From Candidatus Magasanikbacteria bacterium GW2011_GWA2_37_8 (lineage in GTDB: Bacteria; Patescibacteriota; Patescibacteriia; Magasanikbacterales; GWA2-37-8): a stretch of 46,804 bases of DNA. The notes under the pieces were generated by a model. It was not told the DNA's origin. It saw nothing but the letters and a program-made list of their open reading frames with translations, and ran no database searches. Below, piece by piece: positions 1-8,369 of this stretch; positions within the stretch are counted from its first letter, which is position 1; each line of letters opens with the position of its first letter. The position numbers were made by a program, and so were the translations under genes. Where the stretch lies: positions 1 through 46,804 of the forward strand of contig LBTN01000003.1 in assembly GCA_000992085.1 (NCBI GenBank). The letters run 5' to 3'.

Positions 1-1206
1 CGAACAAACTTTTTCACGCATATATTGTTCGATCTCTTTACGTACATAATCGGAAGTGGTTTCTAAATGACGCTCGGTTAAATCTTTAACCACCCCCGAA
101 AATTTGACTTTCTTACCTTCTACTTCATACAATTCTTCGCCTGTACCTTTTAAAATTAAATCTTTAATTTTAGCCGGCAAATCTGCCACCGGAGTATCTA
201 TTGAAAAATTTTGTCTGGCAGCTACTATGGCTAATAATTTTTGATACCAACTTTGATTACCGGTAATACGCGTCCATGGTTGAATTGCTCCCTCGGACAA
301 GGTTAGTCGTGGATTAGGAATTACCAAATCGGTATCTACTTCCATAGTAACACCCAAACCAGTACAACGCGGACAAGCACCATAAGGACTATTAAAACTA
401 AAACTACGAATATCCAGCTCTGGCATTACACGACGACATTTGGGACATAACCCAGCAATCGAAAAAATTAATTCTTGTTTTCCAAGCCAAACTAAAATTA
501 AACCATTGCCTAATTCCAAAGCAGTATCCACCAATTTGGCTGGATCTTGTTTTTTAATATCACTAATTTTACCAATCAAAACCGAAACATCGTAGTTGCG
601 TCCAGATTTAAAATTATGTTGAAGTAAATCATTAATTTTAATTAAACTACCATCAATATTAACCCATTCGTAACCCGAACGTTCTACTTTGTCTAACAAT
701 ACTCGCGGTTCAACTGCGCCACCACGAATAAGCGGTGCAAAAACTGACACTTCACCTTTACGCGCCAATTTACGAACATTTTCCATAATTTCGCCGGCAG
801 TAAAAGATTCTACTTTTACACCACAATCCGAACAATATTGTTCGCCCGAACGAGCAAATAGCAAACGTAAGTAATCATAAATTTCGGTTACAGTACCAAC
901 AGTAGAACGAGGATTTTGGGTAGAAATTTTTTGATCAATTGCGATTGTGGGCGACAAACCATCAATACCATCAATATCTGGTTTATCGCGCACTTCCATA
1001 AACTGTCTGGCATAGGCCGACAAAGATTCGGCATAACGACGTTGGCCTTCGGCATAAATAGTATCAAATGCCAAAGAAGATTTGCCCGAGCCAGACAAAC
1101 CAGTAATTACTACCAATTTATTTTTGGGTAATTCTAAATTAACATTTTTTAAATTATGCACTCGTGCCCCCCGAATAACAATTTTATCTTTTTTCTGATT
1201 AATCAT
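1..1206 (-). CDS. uvrA: UvrA (excinuclease ABC subunit A). Only the N-terminal ~402 codons are present; the rest runs off the left edge.
   Basis: Hand translation of the - strand from the ATG (complement of 1204-1206) gives MINQKKDKIVIRGARVHNLKNVNLELPKNKLVVITGLSGSGKSSLAFDTIYAEGQRRYAESLSAYARQFM... This is the canonical UvrA N-terminus with Walker A GLSGSGKSS. The frame stays open to position 1. It is absent from the ORF track because it is edge-truncated. Confidence 0.9.
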   Translation of the reverse strand, partial: MINQKKDKIVIRGARVHNLKNVNLELPKNKLVVITGLSGSGKSSLAFDTIYAEGQRRYAESLSAYARQFMEVRDKPDIDGIDGLSPTIAIDQKISTQNPRSTVGTVTEIYDYLRLLFARSGEQYCSDCGVKVESFTAGEIMENVRKLARKGEVSVFAPLIRGGAVEPRVLLDKVERSGYEWVNIDGSLIKINDLLQHNFKSGRNYDVSVLIGKISDIKKQDPAKLVDTALELGNGLILVWLGKQELIFSIAGLCPKCRRVMPELDIRSFSFNSPYGACPRCTGLGVTMEVDTDLVIPNPRLTLSEGAIQPWTRITGNQSWYQKLLAIVAARQNFSIDTPVADLPAKIKDLILKGTGEELYEVEGKKVKFSGVVKDLTERHLETTSDYVRKEIEQYMREKVCS

Positions 1207-1214
1207 AGAAATAA

Positions 1215-2915
1215 TTATTGTAAATATTTATCATAAACAACACGATCTGCGTCTTCGTCGATATCGTGGATAAGATTACTATCAATACTAACCACAATAC
1301 CTTTTTCTAAATCTTCAATCGTATAATAATATTGGCTTTTGTAATTACCAAACTTAAAATCACTTTGTCGTCCCCATCCACCCCAATCCATACGTGTTTC
1401 GTCACCCAAATCTATGCCGCCTTTACCTATAAAATGATTTTCATCAAACGAAATACAATCTTCATTCATCTGTAATAAGATCACAAGACCCCTAAAACCT
1501 TTATGATTATCAACACAATCTTGTTTTTCTGCTTTTGCGTTAGCGACATCAGCAGCAAAATTAAAATATTTATCGCCATTTGGTAAAACACCATAACCAC
1601 CAGCACTAACTTTGCCTAAAGAAGTGTAATCATTATCAGCGCATACAGCGTATAGTGTAGTCTCGCCGATGTCTACTGTATCCGCTTCCCAACCTTCAAC
1701 ACCCAAGGGATTAATACAACCAGGTACAAATGAAACTTTTTTGACCACCCCAGCCACATTGCCTGCCACACAACTATAACCTACATTAGTACCATAATTA
1801 GGAACACAGACCTGCGGATTGCCTGGACAAAATGTACCGGCACAAGTAGCGCTGCCCGAACCTTTGATAAAAAATCTTTTACCACAACCTAATTCTTTAT
1901 TTTGTAATGGGAGAAATACAGCATCACTTGAAGCTGCCGCATTCACCTGTAAACCATTATCCGCCGCAAAAGCAAAAAGGGTACCTTTTGGTAAATCCGA
2001 ACAATATTCTGGCGCAACCTTGCTTTCTCTGATCAGCCAAACTTGTGGTAGACGTAAACCTACTAAAGCTGGATTGATAGTATTTAAAATAACATAAGAC
2101 ATGTAAGCAATAAACAAACCAATTAAAGCGCCACCAATTCGTTTTTTTGAGCTACTAATTGATTCGCTGTTACCACCTGATGTTACCCATTGAACACCGG
2201 CTACTATAATCATTATTACTGCCAAAATTGCAGCAATGCCGATAGCATAATTGTAATTAGTTTTAATAAAATCACCCAAATGTAAAAATTCGGTCTTACC
2301 GCCAAAAGCAATTTCGGTGGTTACCACCCCCGACGGTAAACATTTGCCCCAGCCAGGCTTGTTGCACGGTTCTTCACCAGGAAAAAATCCCTTACCAGCG
2401 GTGGCTACGTTAATTCCAAGTTTCTCCCGTGCAGCAGCGCATTCATCTTCTTCCCAACAAATTGGATTAAATTCTGGAGAAATTTCCCCGCTACCACCAC
2501 TGCCGCTAGGACTAACTGGTAACATAGTCGGATTAACAACAGGGCTAGTGGCAACACCACTACCAGAGGTGGCCCCAGTAACAACACAACTAGAAGCACC
2601 CGTATGTCCACCAGCAAGAGATCCATTCCAATCAACAGCCAACTGCGGGCAAGTTTCTTTAATTACAGCAACCCCTTTATTTTGATTGGGGAAAAAAGAA
2701 GCCAGCTCAGTTATAGGACAATTAGACTGGTCAATTTTATCCATAATACTAGCTATGGAAACAAAATCTGCATTTAAAGGAAACTTGATCGTTTGACTAA
2801 TACTACATTGTGGACCAGTAATAAAAAAACTACAGGAACATTCGGCGGCAGCAAAAATTTTTGACGGCACCAACAAAAATACCACGAAAGCAACTACCAA
2901 TAATTTACGAAACAT
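1215..2915 (-). CDS. Secreted, membrane-anchored Cys-rich protein with a central CPR-type T4SS-pilin-like (TrbC/VirB2-like) two-helix module.
   Basis: 566-aa ORF with an N-terminal signal-like peptide MFRKLLVVAFVVFLLVPSKIFAAA. I counted 20 cysteines. The central segment NYNYAIGIAAILAVIMIIVAGVQWVTSGGNSESISSSKKRIGGALIGLFIAYMSYVILNTINPALV looks like the pilin-like TM hairpin common in CPR surface proteins, as I recall that family. Confidence 0.55.
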   Translation of the reverse strand: MFRKLLVVAFVVFLLVPSKIFAAAECSCSFFITGPQCSISQTIKFPLNADFVSIASIMDKIDQSNCPITELASFFPNQNKGVAVIKETCPQLAVDWNGSLAGGHTGASSCVVTGATSGSGVATSPVVNPTMLPVSPSGSGGSGEISPEFNPICWEEDECAAAREKLGINVATAGKGFFPGEEPCNKPGWGKCLPSGVVTTEIAFGGKTEFLHLGDFIKTNYNYAIGIAAILAVIMIIVAGVQWVTSGGNSESISSSKKRIGGALIGLFIAYMSYVILNTINPALVGLRLPQVWLIRESKVAPEYCSDLPKGTLFAFAADNGLQVNAAASSDAVFLPLQNKELGCGKRFFIKGSGSATCAGTFCPGNPQVCVPNYGTNVGYSCVAGNVAGVVKKVSFVPGCINPLGVEGWEADTVDIGETTLYAVCADNDYTSLGKVSAGGYGVLPNGDKYFNFAADVANAKAEKQDCVDNHKGFRGLVILLQMNEDCISFDENHFIGKGGIDLGDETRMDWGGWGRQSDFKFGNYKSQYYYTIEDLEKGIVVSIDSNLIHDIDEDADRVVYDKYLQ

Positions 2916-2933
2916 ATTTTTGGTAATTTAGAA

Positions 2934-3704
2934 TTATAATTTACTAAAAAATTGATCCCAAACTTCAAGTGGGATAACTCCTTCTATTTTTTCTCCGTTA
3001 ACAAAAAAGGTTGGAGTACCCCTAACCCCAAATTGTAAACCGTCGGCATAATCACGATTAACTCTTACCGTAGTATTGCGATTAGCTAAACAAGCTTTTA
3101 AACGAACTGCGTCTAAATTAAGCGCTGGCGCAATTACATTTTTTATTTCTTCATCCGATAAAGTAGCTGGTAATTCTGATTGCCTATTATATAAATAATC
3201 GTGTGTTGGCCAATACAACCCTTCTTCATATGCACATTCGGCTATAGTTGCTAGTTGAGTAGCACCAGGATGCAAAGACTCCACTGGGAAATTACGGATA
3301 ATTAATTTTAATTTATTTCCATATTTTTGCACCAAATTTTTTATAATCGGTGCTTCCGCCAAACAATTAGGGCATTTAAAATCCACAAATTCTACAATTA
3401 CCACCTCTGCATCGGCATTACCCAAATACGGGGCATCAGTTCTTTCTAAAATTACTCGATCGGCGCTAACATTATTATTAGTACTGGTAGATGCAGTAAA
3501 GCCACTATAAATCTTTTGTGCCAAAATATCCCCTCGCCCCTGTTTTATCTCCCACCAGTAACGACCAACCACAGCCAAAAAAATCACTATTGCTACCACT
3601 AGCACTCCTCCCAAGGATAGCAAAGTAACTCCCCACCAAGTTTGACGTAAAGACATATAAAAAGTGTTAGATTTCAAGCCAAAGGATAGTATACCATATT
3701 TCAA
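2934..3704 (-). CDS. DsbA-family thiol:disulfide oxidoreductase (thioredoxin fold), membrane anchored.
   Basis: It has a CPNC active-site motif (VDFKCPNCLAEAP) and an N-terminal TM helix. The C-terminal GVRGTPTFFVNGEKIEG is typical of the DsbA/thioredoxin fold. The true start may be the internal Met (MSLRQTWW, ~3656). Confidence 0.8.
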   Translation of the reverse strand: MKYGILSFGLKSNTFYMSLRQTWWGVTLLSLGGVLVVAIVIFLAVVGRYWWEIKQGRGDILAQKIYSGFTASTSTNNNVSADRVILERTDAPYLGNADAEVVIVEFVDFKCPNCLAEAPIIKNLVQKYGNKLKLIIRNFPVESLHPGATQLATIAECAYEEGLYWPTHDYLYNRQSELPATLSDEEIKNVIAPALNLDAVRLKACLANRNTTVRVNRDYADGLQFGVRGTPTFFVNGEKIEGVIPLEVWDQFFSKL

Positions 3705-3892
3705 AAAAAATCAATACCCCAACGAAGGTGAAACGAAAATGCCTGATATCTAATTCCTAATAAAATGCTCGATGTCTAAATAACTAAATTTGGCCATCTC
3801 TCATTAGACATTTTATTAGAAATTAGATATTAGCAATTAGATATTTAATAACCCTATAAAAATGATGGCTCTTAATTTTTGCCATCACCCGG

Positions 3893-3921
3893 TTGACATG
3901 TCCTCATAAAACTGTTATACT
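3893..3921 (+). promoter_or_regulatory. Sigma70-type promoter for secG.
   Basis: TTGACA (3893-3898), 17-nt spacer, TATACT (3916-3921), ~27 nt upstream of the secG ATG. Confidence 0.5.
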
Positions 3922-3947
3922 ACTTACACTAATCTAATATCTTCTTT

Positions 3948-4166
3948 ATGCAAGAAACTGTTTTTAACATTATTCAGCTAGTTTTAGCCATATTTCTCAC
4001 TATTTTGATCCTTCTACAGCAAAAAGGTACTGGTTTAAGTGGGGTTTTTGGTGGTTCTAGTAATGTTTATAGCACCAAACGTGGCGTAGATAAAATTCTT
4101 CATTTTGCCACCATTATTACTGCTATCGTCTTCTTTGGTACAGCGCTTCTGCGTCTAGCTCTTTAA
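3948..4166 (+). CDS. secG: Preprotein translocase subunit SecG.
   Basis: 72 aa with two TM helices flanking a Gly-rich loop (LLQQKGTGLSGVFGGSSNVYSTKRG), the typical SecG signature. Confidence 0.8.
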   Translation: MQETVFNIIQLVLAIFLTILILLQQKGTGLSGVFGGSSNVYSTKRGVDKILHFATIITAIVFFGTALLRLAL

Positions 4167-4218
4167 AAGAGTCTCCCGCCAAAAAGGAGGCCACTTCTAA
4201 TAATTTTACTTCTTTTCC

Positions 4219-6168
4219 ATGAATTGGAATATATCTTCTTTAATATCCAAATTAAAAAGGAACAAAAAATCTGGTAATAATTTGGATCAAAAATTAATCC
4301 AAAAAATTCGACCCCGTTCTTTACCGACTTGGACTCAATTTAAATATTTAACAAATTTCTTAAACCCCAAAGAAATGCGTGTTTTTGTATCCGCTATTAT
4401 TTTAGTAGTGGCAACCATTTTGAGTTGGGGTACGATTTTTGTTATTCAACACTCTGGTACTGTGCCCAAACTCGGCGGCGAATATTCCGAGGCTTTAATT
4501 GGACAACCTAAATATATTAACCCTCTATTTGCTTCTATCAACGATGTTGACGCTGATATTTCGGAATTAATTTTTTCTGGACTTTTTCGTTATGGACCCG
4601 ACCAAAAATTAATTCCGGATTTAGCAGAAAATTATACTGTTGGCAACGATAACAAAACTTACGATATTACTTTAAAACAAAATATTTCTTGGTCTGATGG
4701 TAACCCCTTTACTGCCGGCGATGTAGTATACACTTTTGAAACTATTCAAAACCCAGAAGTTGGTAGCCCCCTACTTTCGGCCTGGCAAGGGGTTAAGGTA
4801 GAAAAGATAGACGAATTTACGGTGCGCTTTACCCTAAAACAACCTTTTGCACCATTTTTAGAGGCCCTAACTACCGGAATTTTACCAGAACATGTCTGGT
4901 CTAATATCAACCCCTCTAGTATTAAATTAGCACGTTATAACCTACAACCAGTTGGAACTGGTGTTTGGCAATTTTCTAAAATGGTTAAGGACGAGTCTGG
5001 TTATATCCAAACTTATACCCTAACCCAAAATAAACATTCTGCTGTTAAACCATACTTAAACACAATCGTTTTTAAATTCTTTAACAGCTACGTCGAAGCC
5101 GCCAGCGCTATCCGAAGCCAAAATTCTTTGGCGATTAGTTTCTTCCCTTACAATTTAAAAGAAAAAATTATTGGAAAAAATATTATTGCCTATCCAATTT
5201 ATCTACCACAATATACAGCCCTATTTTTTAATCAAACCAATCAGCCAAATTTAAAAAATGCTGATGTTAGATTAGCCTTGGCTAAAAGCATAAATAAAAA
5301 CCAACTTATCCAAGAAGTTTTTGCTGGCGACGCAAAAGCTATCCAATCACCAATTTTGGCTGGTAATTTAGGATACAACCCGGATCTAAAAACTATCCCC
5401 CTAGACCTAGAAGCCGCTACTAAATTATTAGATAAAACCTGGGTAAGAATACAACCCGAAGAATATTTTAAAATTCGTCGTGATACTTTAATAAAAACTT
5501 ATCAAGCCCGCATTGATGCAGTTACCGAAAATAGTAGCTCTACCCCAGAAATAGTTTCCTCTACACTAGAAAATATTGAAAAGGAAATTAACCAAACTAT
5601 ACGTCAAGAAATGAGCTCCGAACAAAATTTTTATCGTCGTGATACCAAAAATAATTTACTACAATTAACTATTACTACTGCTGATACCCCAGAATATATT
5701 AAAACTGCCGAATTAATTGCTACTATGTGGCGCTCTTTGGGTGTTCCTACTGCTATTCAAACTATCAACAGTCAACAAATCACTAAAGAAATTATTAAAA
5801 CTCGTAATTACCAAATATTATTATATGGAGAAATGGCTGGTGGCGACCCAGACCCGTTTCCATTTTGGCATTCTTCCCAAATCGACTACCCTGGGTTAAA
5901 CCTAGCAATGTTTTCTAACCGTGACGCCGATAAAATTTTAGAAGACGCTCGAGGCACCACAAATGAAGCAGAACGCGGTAAACTTTACCAAAAATTTCAA
6001 GATATTCTAGTAACCGAAGTACCAGCTATTTTCCTTTACACACCTACTCATATCATGGCTATTAATAAAGAAATTAAAGGTGTAAACATTAATCACATCA
6101 TCAATCCAGCTGATCGTTATCGCCAAATCAACGAGTGGTATATTAAAACTGGTTGGCGTTGGAAGTAA
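4219..6168 (+). CDS. ABC-transporter substrate-binding protein, family 5 (peptide/nickel, OppA/DppA-like), N-terminally TM anchored.
   Basis: 649 aa. The TM anchor is followed by SBP_bac_5-like sequence (YINPLFASINDVDADISELIFSGLFRY..., WSDGNPFTAGDVVYTFE). No permease or ATPase genes are adjacent. Confidence 0.75.
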   Translation: MNWNISSLISKLKRNKKSGNNLDQKLIQKIRPRSLPTWTQFKYLTNFLNPKEMRVFVSAIILVVATILSWGTIFVIQHSGTVPKLGGEYSEALIGQPKYINPLFASINDVDADISELIFSGLFRYGPDQKLIPDLAENYTVGNDNKTYDITLKQNISWSDGNPFTAGDVVYTFETIQNPEVGSPLLSAWQGVKVEKIDEFTVRFTLKQPFAPFLEALTTGILPEHVWSNINPSSIKLARYNLQPVGTGVWQFSKMVKDESGYIQTYTLTQNKHSAVKPYLNTIVFKFFNSYVEAASAIRSQNSLAISFFPYNLKEKIIGKNIIAYPIYLPQYTALFFNQTNQPNLKNADVRLALAKSINKNQLIQEVFAGDAKAIQSPILAGNLGYNPDLKTIPLDLEAATKLLDKTWVRIQPEEYFKIRRDTLIKTYQARIDAVTENSSSTPEIVSSTLENIEKEINQTIRQEMSSEQNFYRRDTKNNLLQLTITTADTPEYIKTAELIATMWRSLGVPTAIQTINSQQITKEIIKTRNYQILLYGEMAGGDPDPFPFWHSSQIDYPGLNLAMFSNRDADKILEDARGTTNEAERGKLYQKFQDILVTEVPAIFLYTPTHIMAINKEIKGVNINHIINPADRYRQINEWYIKTGWRWK

Positions 6169-6173
6169 ACCAA

Positions 6174-6257
6174 GGGCGGGTGGCGAAATTGGTAGACGCG
6201 CAAGTTTCAGAAGCTTGTGGGGGCGACCCCTTGGAGGTTCAAATCCTCTTCCGCCCA
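6174..6257 (+). tRNA. tRNA-Leu, anticodon CAG.
   Basis: Hand-folded cloverleaf. Acceptor is GGGCGGG/TCCGCCC with a G-U pair. The anticodon arm is CAAGT-TTCAGAA-GCTTG (anticodon CAG). It has a long variable arm, T arm GGAGG-TTCAAAT-CCTCT and discriminator A. No CCA is encoded. Confidence 0.9.
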
Positions 6258-6272
6258 CAATGATACCTAAGA

Positions 6273-6326
6273 GTTTCCGCCCAAGGCGGACCAGCCTCGG
6301 GCTGGCGAGTCTCTCCGTGCCCACGA
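6273..6326 (+). repeat. GC-rich hairpin mini-element in the tRNA-Leu 3' trailer, ending in a degenerate copy of the tRNA 3' end.
   Basis: GTTTCCGCCCAAGGCGGA (6273-6290) is identical to the reverse complement of 46504-46521. Hairpins are TCCGCC-CAA-GGCGGA and CCAGCC-TCG-GGCTGG. The end CTCTCCGTGCCCACGA resembles the tRNA 3' end CTCTTCCGCCCACAA. Confidence 0.55.
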
Positions 6327-6525
6327 TATTTTCTTCAAATATTATCCAAATATTAAAGAAATATTAATTTTTATATTAATGTATCTTTACATATTAATTA
6401 ACAGACAACAAATAGCAAATAGCAAATAACAATTAGCAATTAACAAACGGTAAGTAAATAATAATTCATAGTTACAAATCCTATTGGCTGTGAACTATTG
6501 GCTACGAACTAATTAACATAAATTT

Positions 6526-8301
6526 ATGATAACAAAACATACAACCGAAACAAAAACTACACATCGACCACAATCGCATCGTCGTCCTAACACTCACAAA
6601 CCTACATCTAATTCTTTTGCGCGTTTTCGTGATGAAGAAAACAATAAATTAAAAGTTATTGTTGTCGGTGGTTTAGAAGAAGTCGGACGCAATTGTACGC
6701 TGCTAGAATATGGTAATAACATTATTATTATCGATATGGGGCTACAATTTCCCGAAGAAGATATGCCTGGTATCGACTATATTATCCCCAATATTAGTTA
6801 CCTAAAAGGTAAGGAAAAAAATATTCGTGGTGTAATTATTACCCACGCTCACTACGATCATATTGGTGGTATCCCCCATTTAATTCCCGCTCTTGGCTAC
6901 CCTCCGATTTACGGCTTACCATTAACCAACGCCATTATTAAAAAACGTCAAGAAGACTACAAAGATCTTAAACCACTTAATATCCACAATCTTCATATTG
7001 ATGACAAATTACGTTTAGGTTGTTTTGATTTAGAATTTTTTCATCTAAACCATAATATTCCCGATTCGATGGGCATTGTAATAAAAACACCAGAAGGTGT
7101 GATAGTGCACACTGGTGACTGGAAATTCGATTACCAGCCAGCCGGTGAGCAACCTGCTGATTTACAAAAAATCGCCCGAATAGGCAGCGAAGGTGTAATG
7201 GCACTTTTATCTGATTCTACCAACGCTTCCCAAGTTGGCCATCAAATTTCTGAAGCAGAAGTAGGTACCAACTTAGAAGAAATTATTGGAAAAGCACCAG
7301 GTAGAATTATTATTGGCACTTTCGCATCACTCTTAACTCGTGTTAAACAAATTATTGAAACTGCAGAAAAATTAGGCAAAGTAGTGGCCTTGTCTGGTTT
7401 TAGCATGAAAAGCAACGTAGCCATCGCCAAAGAGTTAGGCTATATGAAATTTAGTCCAAAAACTTTAATTGACATTCGTCAAATTGATCGCTACCCAGCA
7501 AACAAAGTGGTAATCGTTTGTACTGGCGCACAAGGCGAAAAAAATGCTTCACTAATGCGTATCGCTAATGGCGAACATCGTGAGGTTCAATTGGTTCCTG
7601 GCGATACTGTGGTATTTTCTTCTTCAGTTATTCCTGGCAACGAACGCACTGTGCAACGTCTAAAAGATACACTCTTTAGAAAAGGTGCTGATGTTATCCA
7701 TTACCAAATGATGGACGTGCACGCCGGCGGTCATGCCAAAATGGATGACGTTAAATTAATGATCCGCTTAATCAACCCAAAATACTTCGTGCCAATTGAA
7801 GGTAACCATTTCTTACTACATTATAACGGCAAAGTTGCCGAATCAATGGGCTTCAACAAAGACAATATTTTTATTGCCGATAATGGCCAAGTAATGGAAT
7901 TTACAAATGGGACGGGTAAATTAACCAAAAGCAAAATTTGTTCTGATTATGTTTTTGTAGACGGCCTAGGTGTTTCTGACGAAACTAATGTAGTTTTACG
8001 TGACCGCCAAGTATTAGCCGAGGATGGAATGATTGTAGTAATTGCCACTGTAGATTCGAAAACTGGAAAATTAGTACAAAACCCAGATATTATTTCTCGC
8101 GGTTTTGTATTTTTAAAAAGCAATAAAGAATTAATTGAAGACCTTCGCCATCGTGTAAAAAAACTGGTCGTTGATTCCGACCCACTCTCTTGGGCCGACA
8201 CTAACTACATTCGCAATAAAATTCGTGATTATGTTGGACAATTCTTATATACTAAAACCGAAAAACGACCAATGGTTCTACCAGTAGTAATTGAAGTGTA
8301 A
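6526..8301 (+). CDS. rnj: Ribonuclease J (metallo-beta-lactamase / beta-CASP).
   Basis: 591 aa. It has the HAHYDHIGG motif (HxHxDH) and typical RNase J blocks (VVGGLEEVGRNCTLLEY, GDWKFD, IEGNH). Confidence 0.9.
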   Translation: MITKHTTETKTTHRPQSHRRPNTHKPTSNSFARFRDEENNKLKVIVVGGLEEVGRNCTLLEYGNNIIIIDMGLQFPEEDMPGIDYIIPNISYLKGKEKNIRGVIITHAHYDHIGGIPHLIPALGYPPIYGLPLTNAIIKKRQEDYKDLKPLNIHNLHIDDKLRLGCFDLEFFHLNHNIPDSMGIVIKTPEGVIVHTGDWKFDYQPAGEQPADLQKIARIGSEGVMALLSDSTNASQVGHQISEAEVGTNLEEIIGKAPGRIIIGTFASLLTRVKQIIETAEKLGKVVALSGFSMKSNVAIAKELGYMKFSPKTLIDIRQIDRYPANKVVIVCTGAQGEKNASLMRIANGEHREVQLVPGDTVVFSSSVIPGNERTVQRLKDTLFRKGADVIHYQMMDVHAGGHAKMDDVKLMIRLINPKYFVPIEGNHFLLHYNGKVAESMGFNKDNIFIADNGQVMEFTNGTGKLTKSKICSDYVFVDGLGVSDETNVVLRDRQVLAEDGMIVVIATVDSKTGKLVQNPDIISRGFVFLKSNKELIEDLRHRVKKLVVDSDPLSWADTNYIRNKIRDYVGQFLYTKTEKRPMVLPVVIEV

Positions 8302-8324
8302 TAAAAAAATAATTAAAATAAAAA

Positions 8325-8362
8325 TACCTCCGAGACAATACTCTGAGGTATTTTTTATTTAA
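8325..8362. terminator. Bidirectional intrinsic terminator between rnj (+) and the P-type ATPase (-).
   Basis: ATACCTC ... GAGGTAT stem, preceded by an A-run and followed by TTTTTTATTT. Confidence 0.5.
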
Positions 8363-8369
8363 AAATTTT

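Noticed and set aside
6007-6324. The 105-aa ORF on the - strand.
   Set aside because: It is antisense to the end of the SBP gene, tRNA-Leu and the GC-rich trailer. The peptide (…GFEPPRGRP…) is the usual tRNA-antisense artefact.
6174-6330. An integrated prophage or genomic island at the tRNA genes, given the duplicated tRNA 3' ends.
   Set aside because: The duplicated ends are only ~50-65 nt apart. No integrase or phage genes lie nearby. I therefore interpret the elements as mini-elements or trailer modules rather than islands.
6405-6451. The short-word repeat arrays (also at 20755-20974, 31006-31083, 35219-35300 and 38765-38810) might be a CRISPR array.
   Set aside because: The units are 7-9 nt degenerate words without unique spacers. 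The arrays are under 90 nt, and no cas genes are present. There is no CRISPR in this window.
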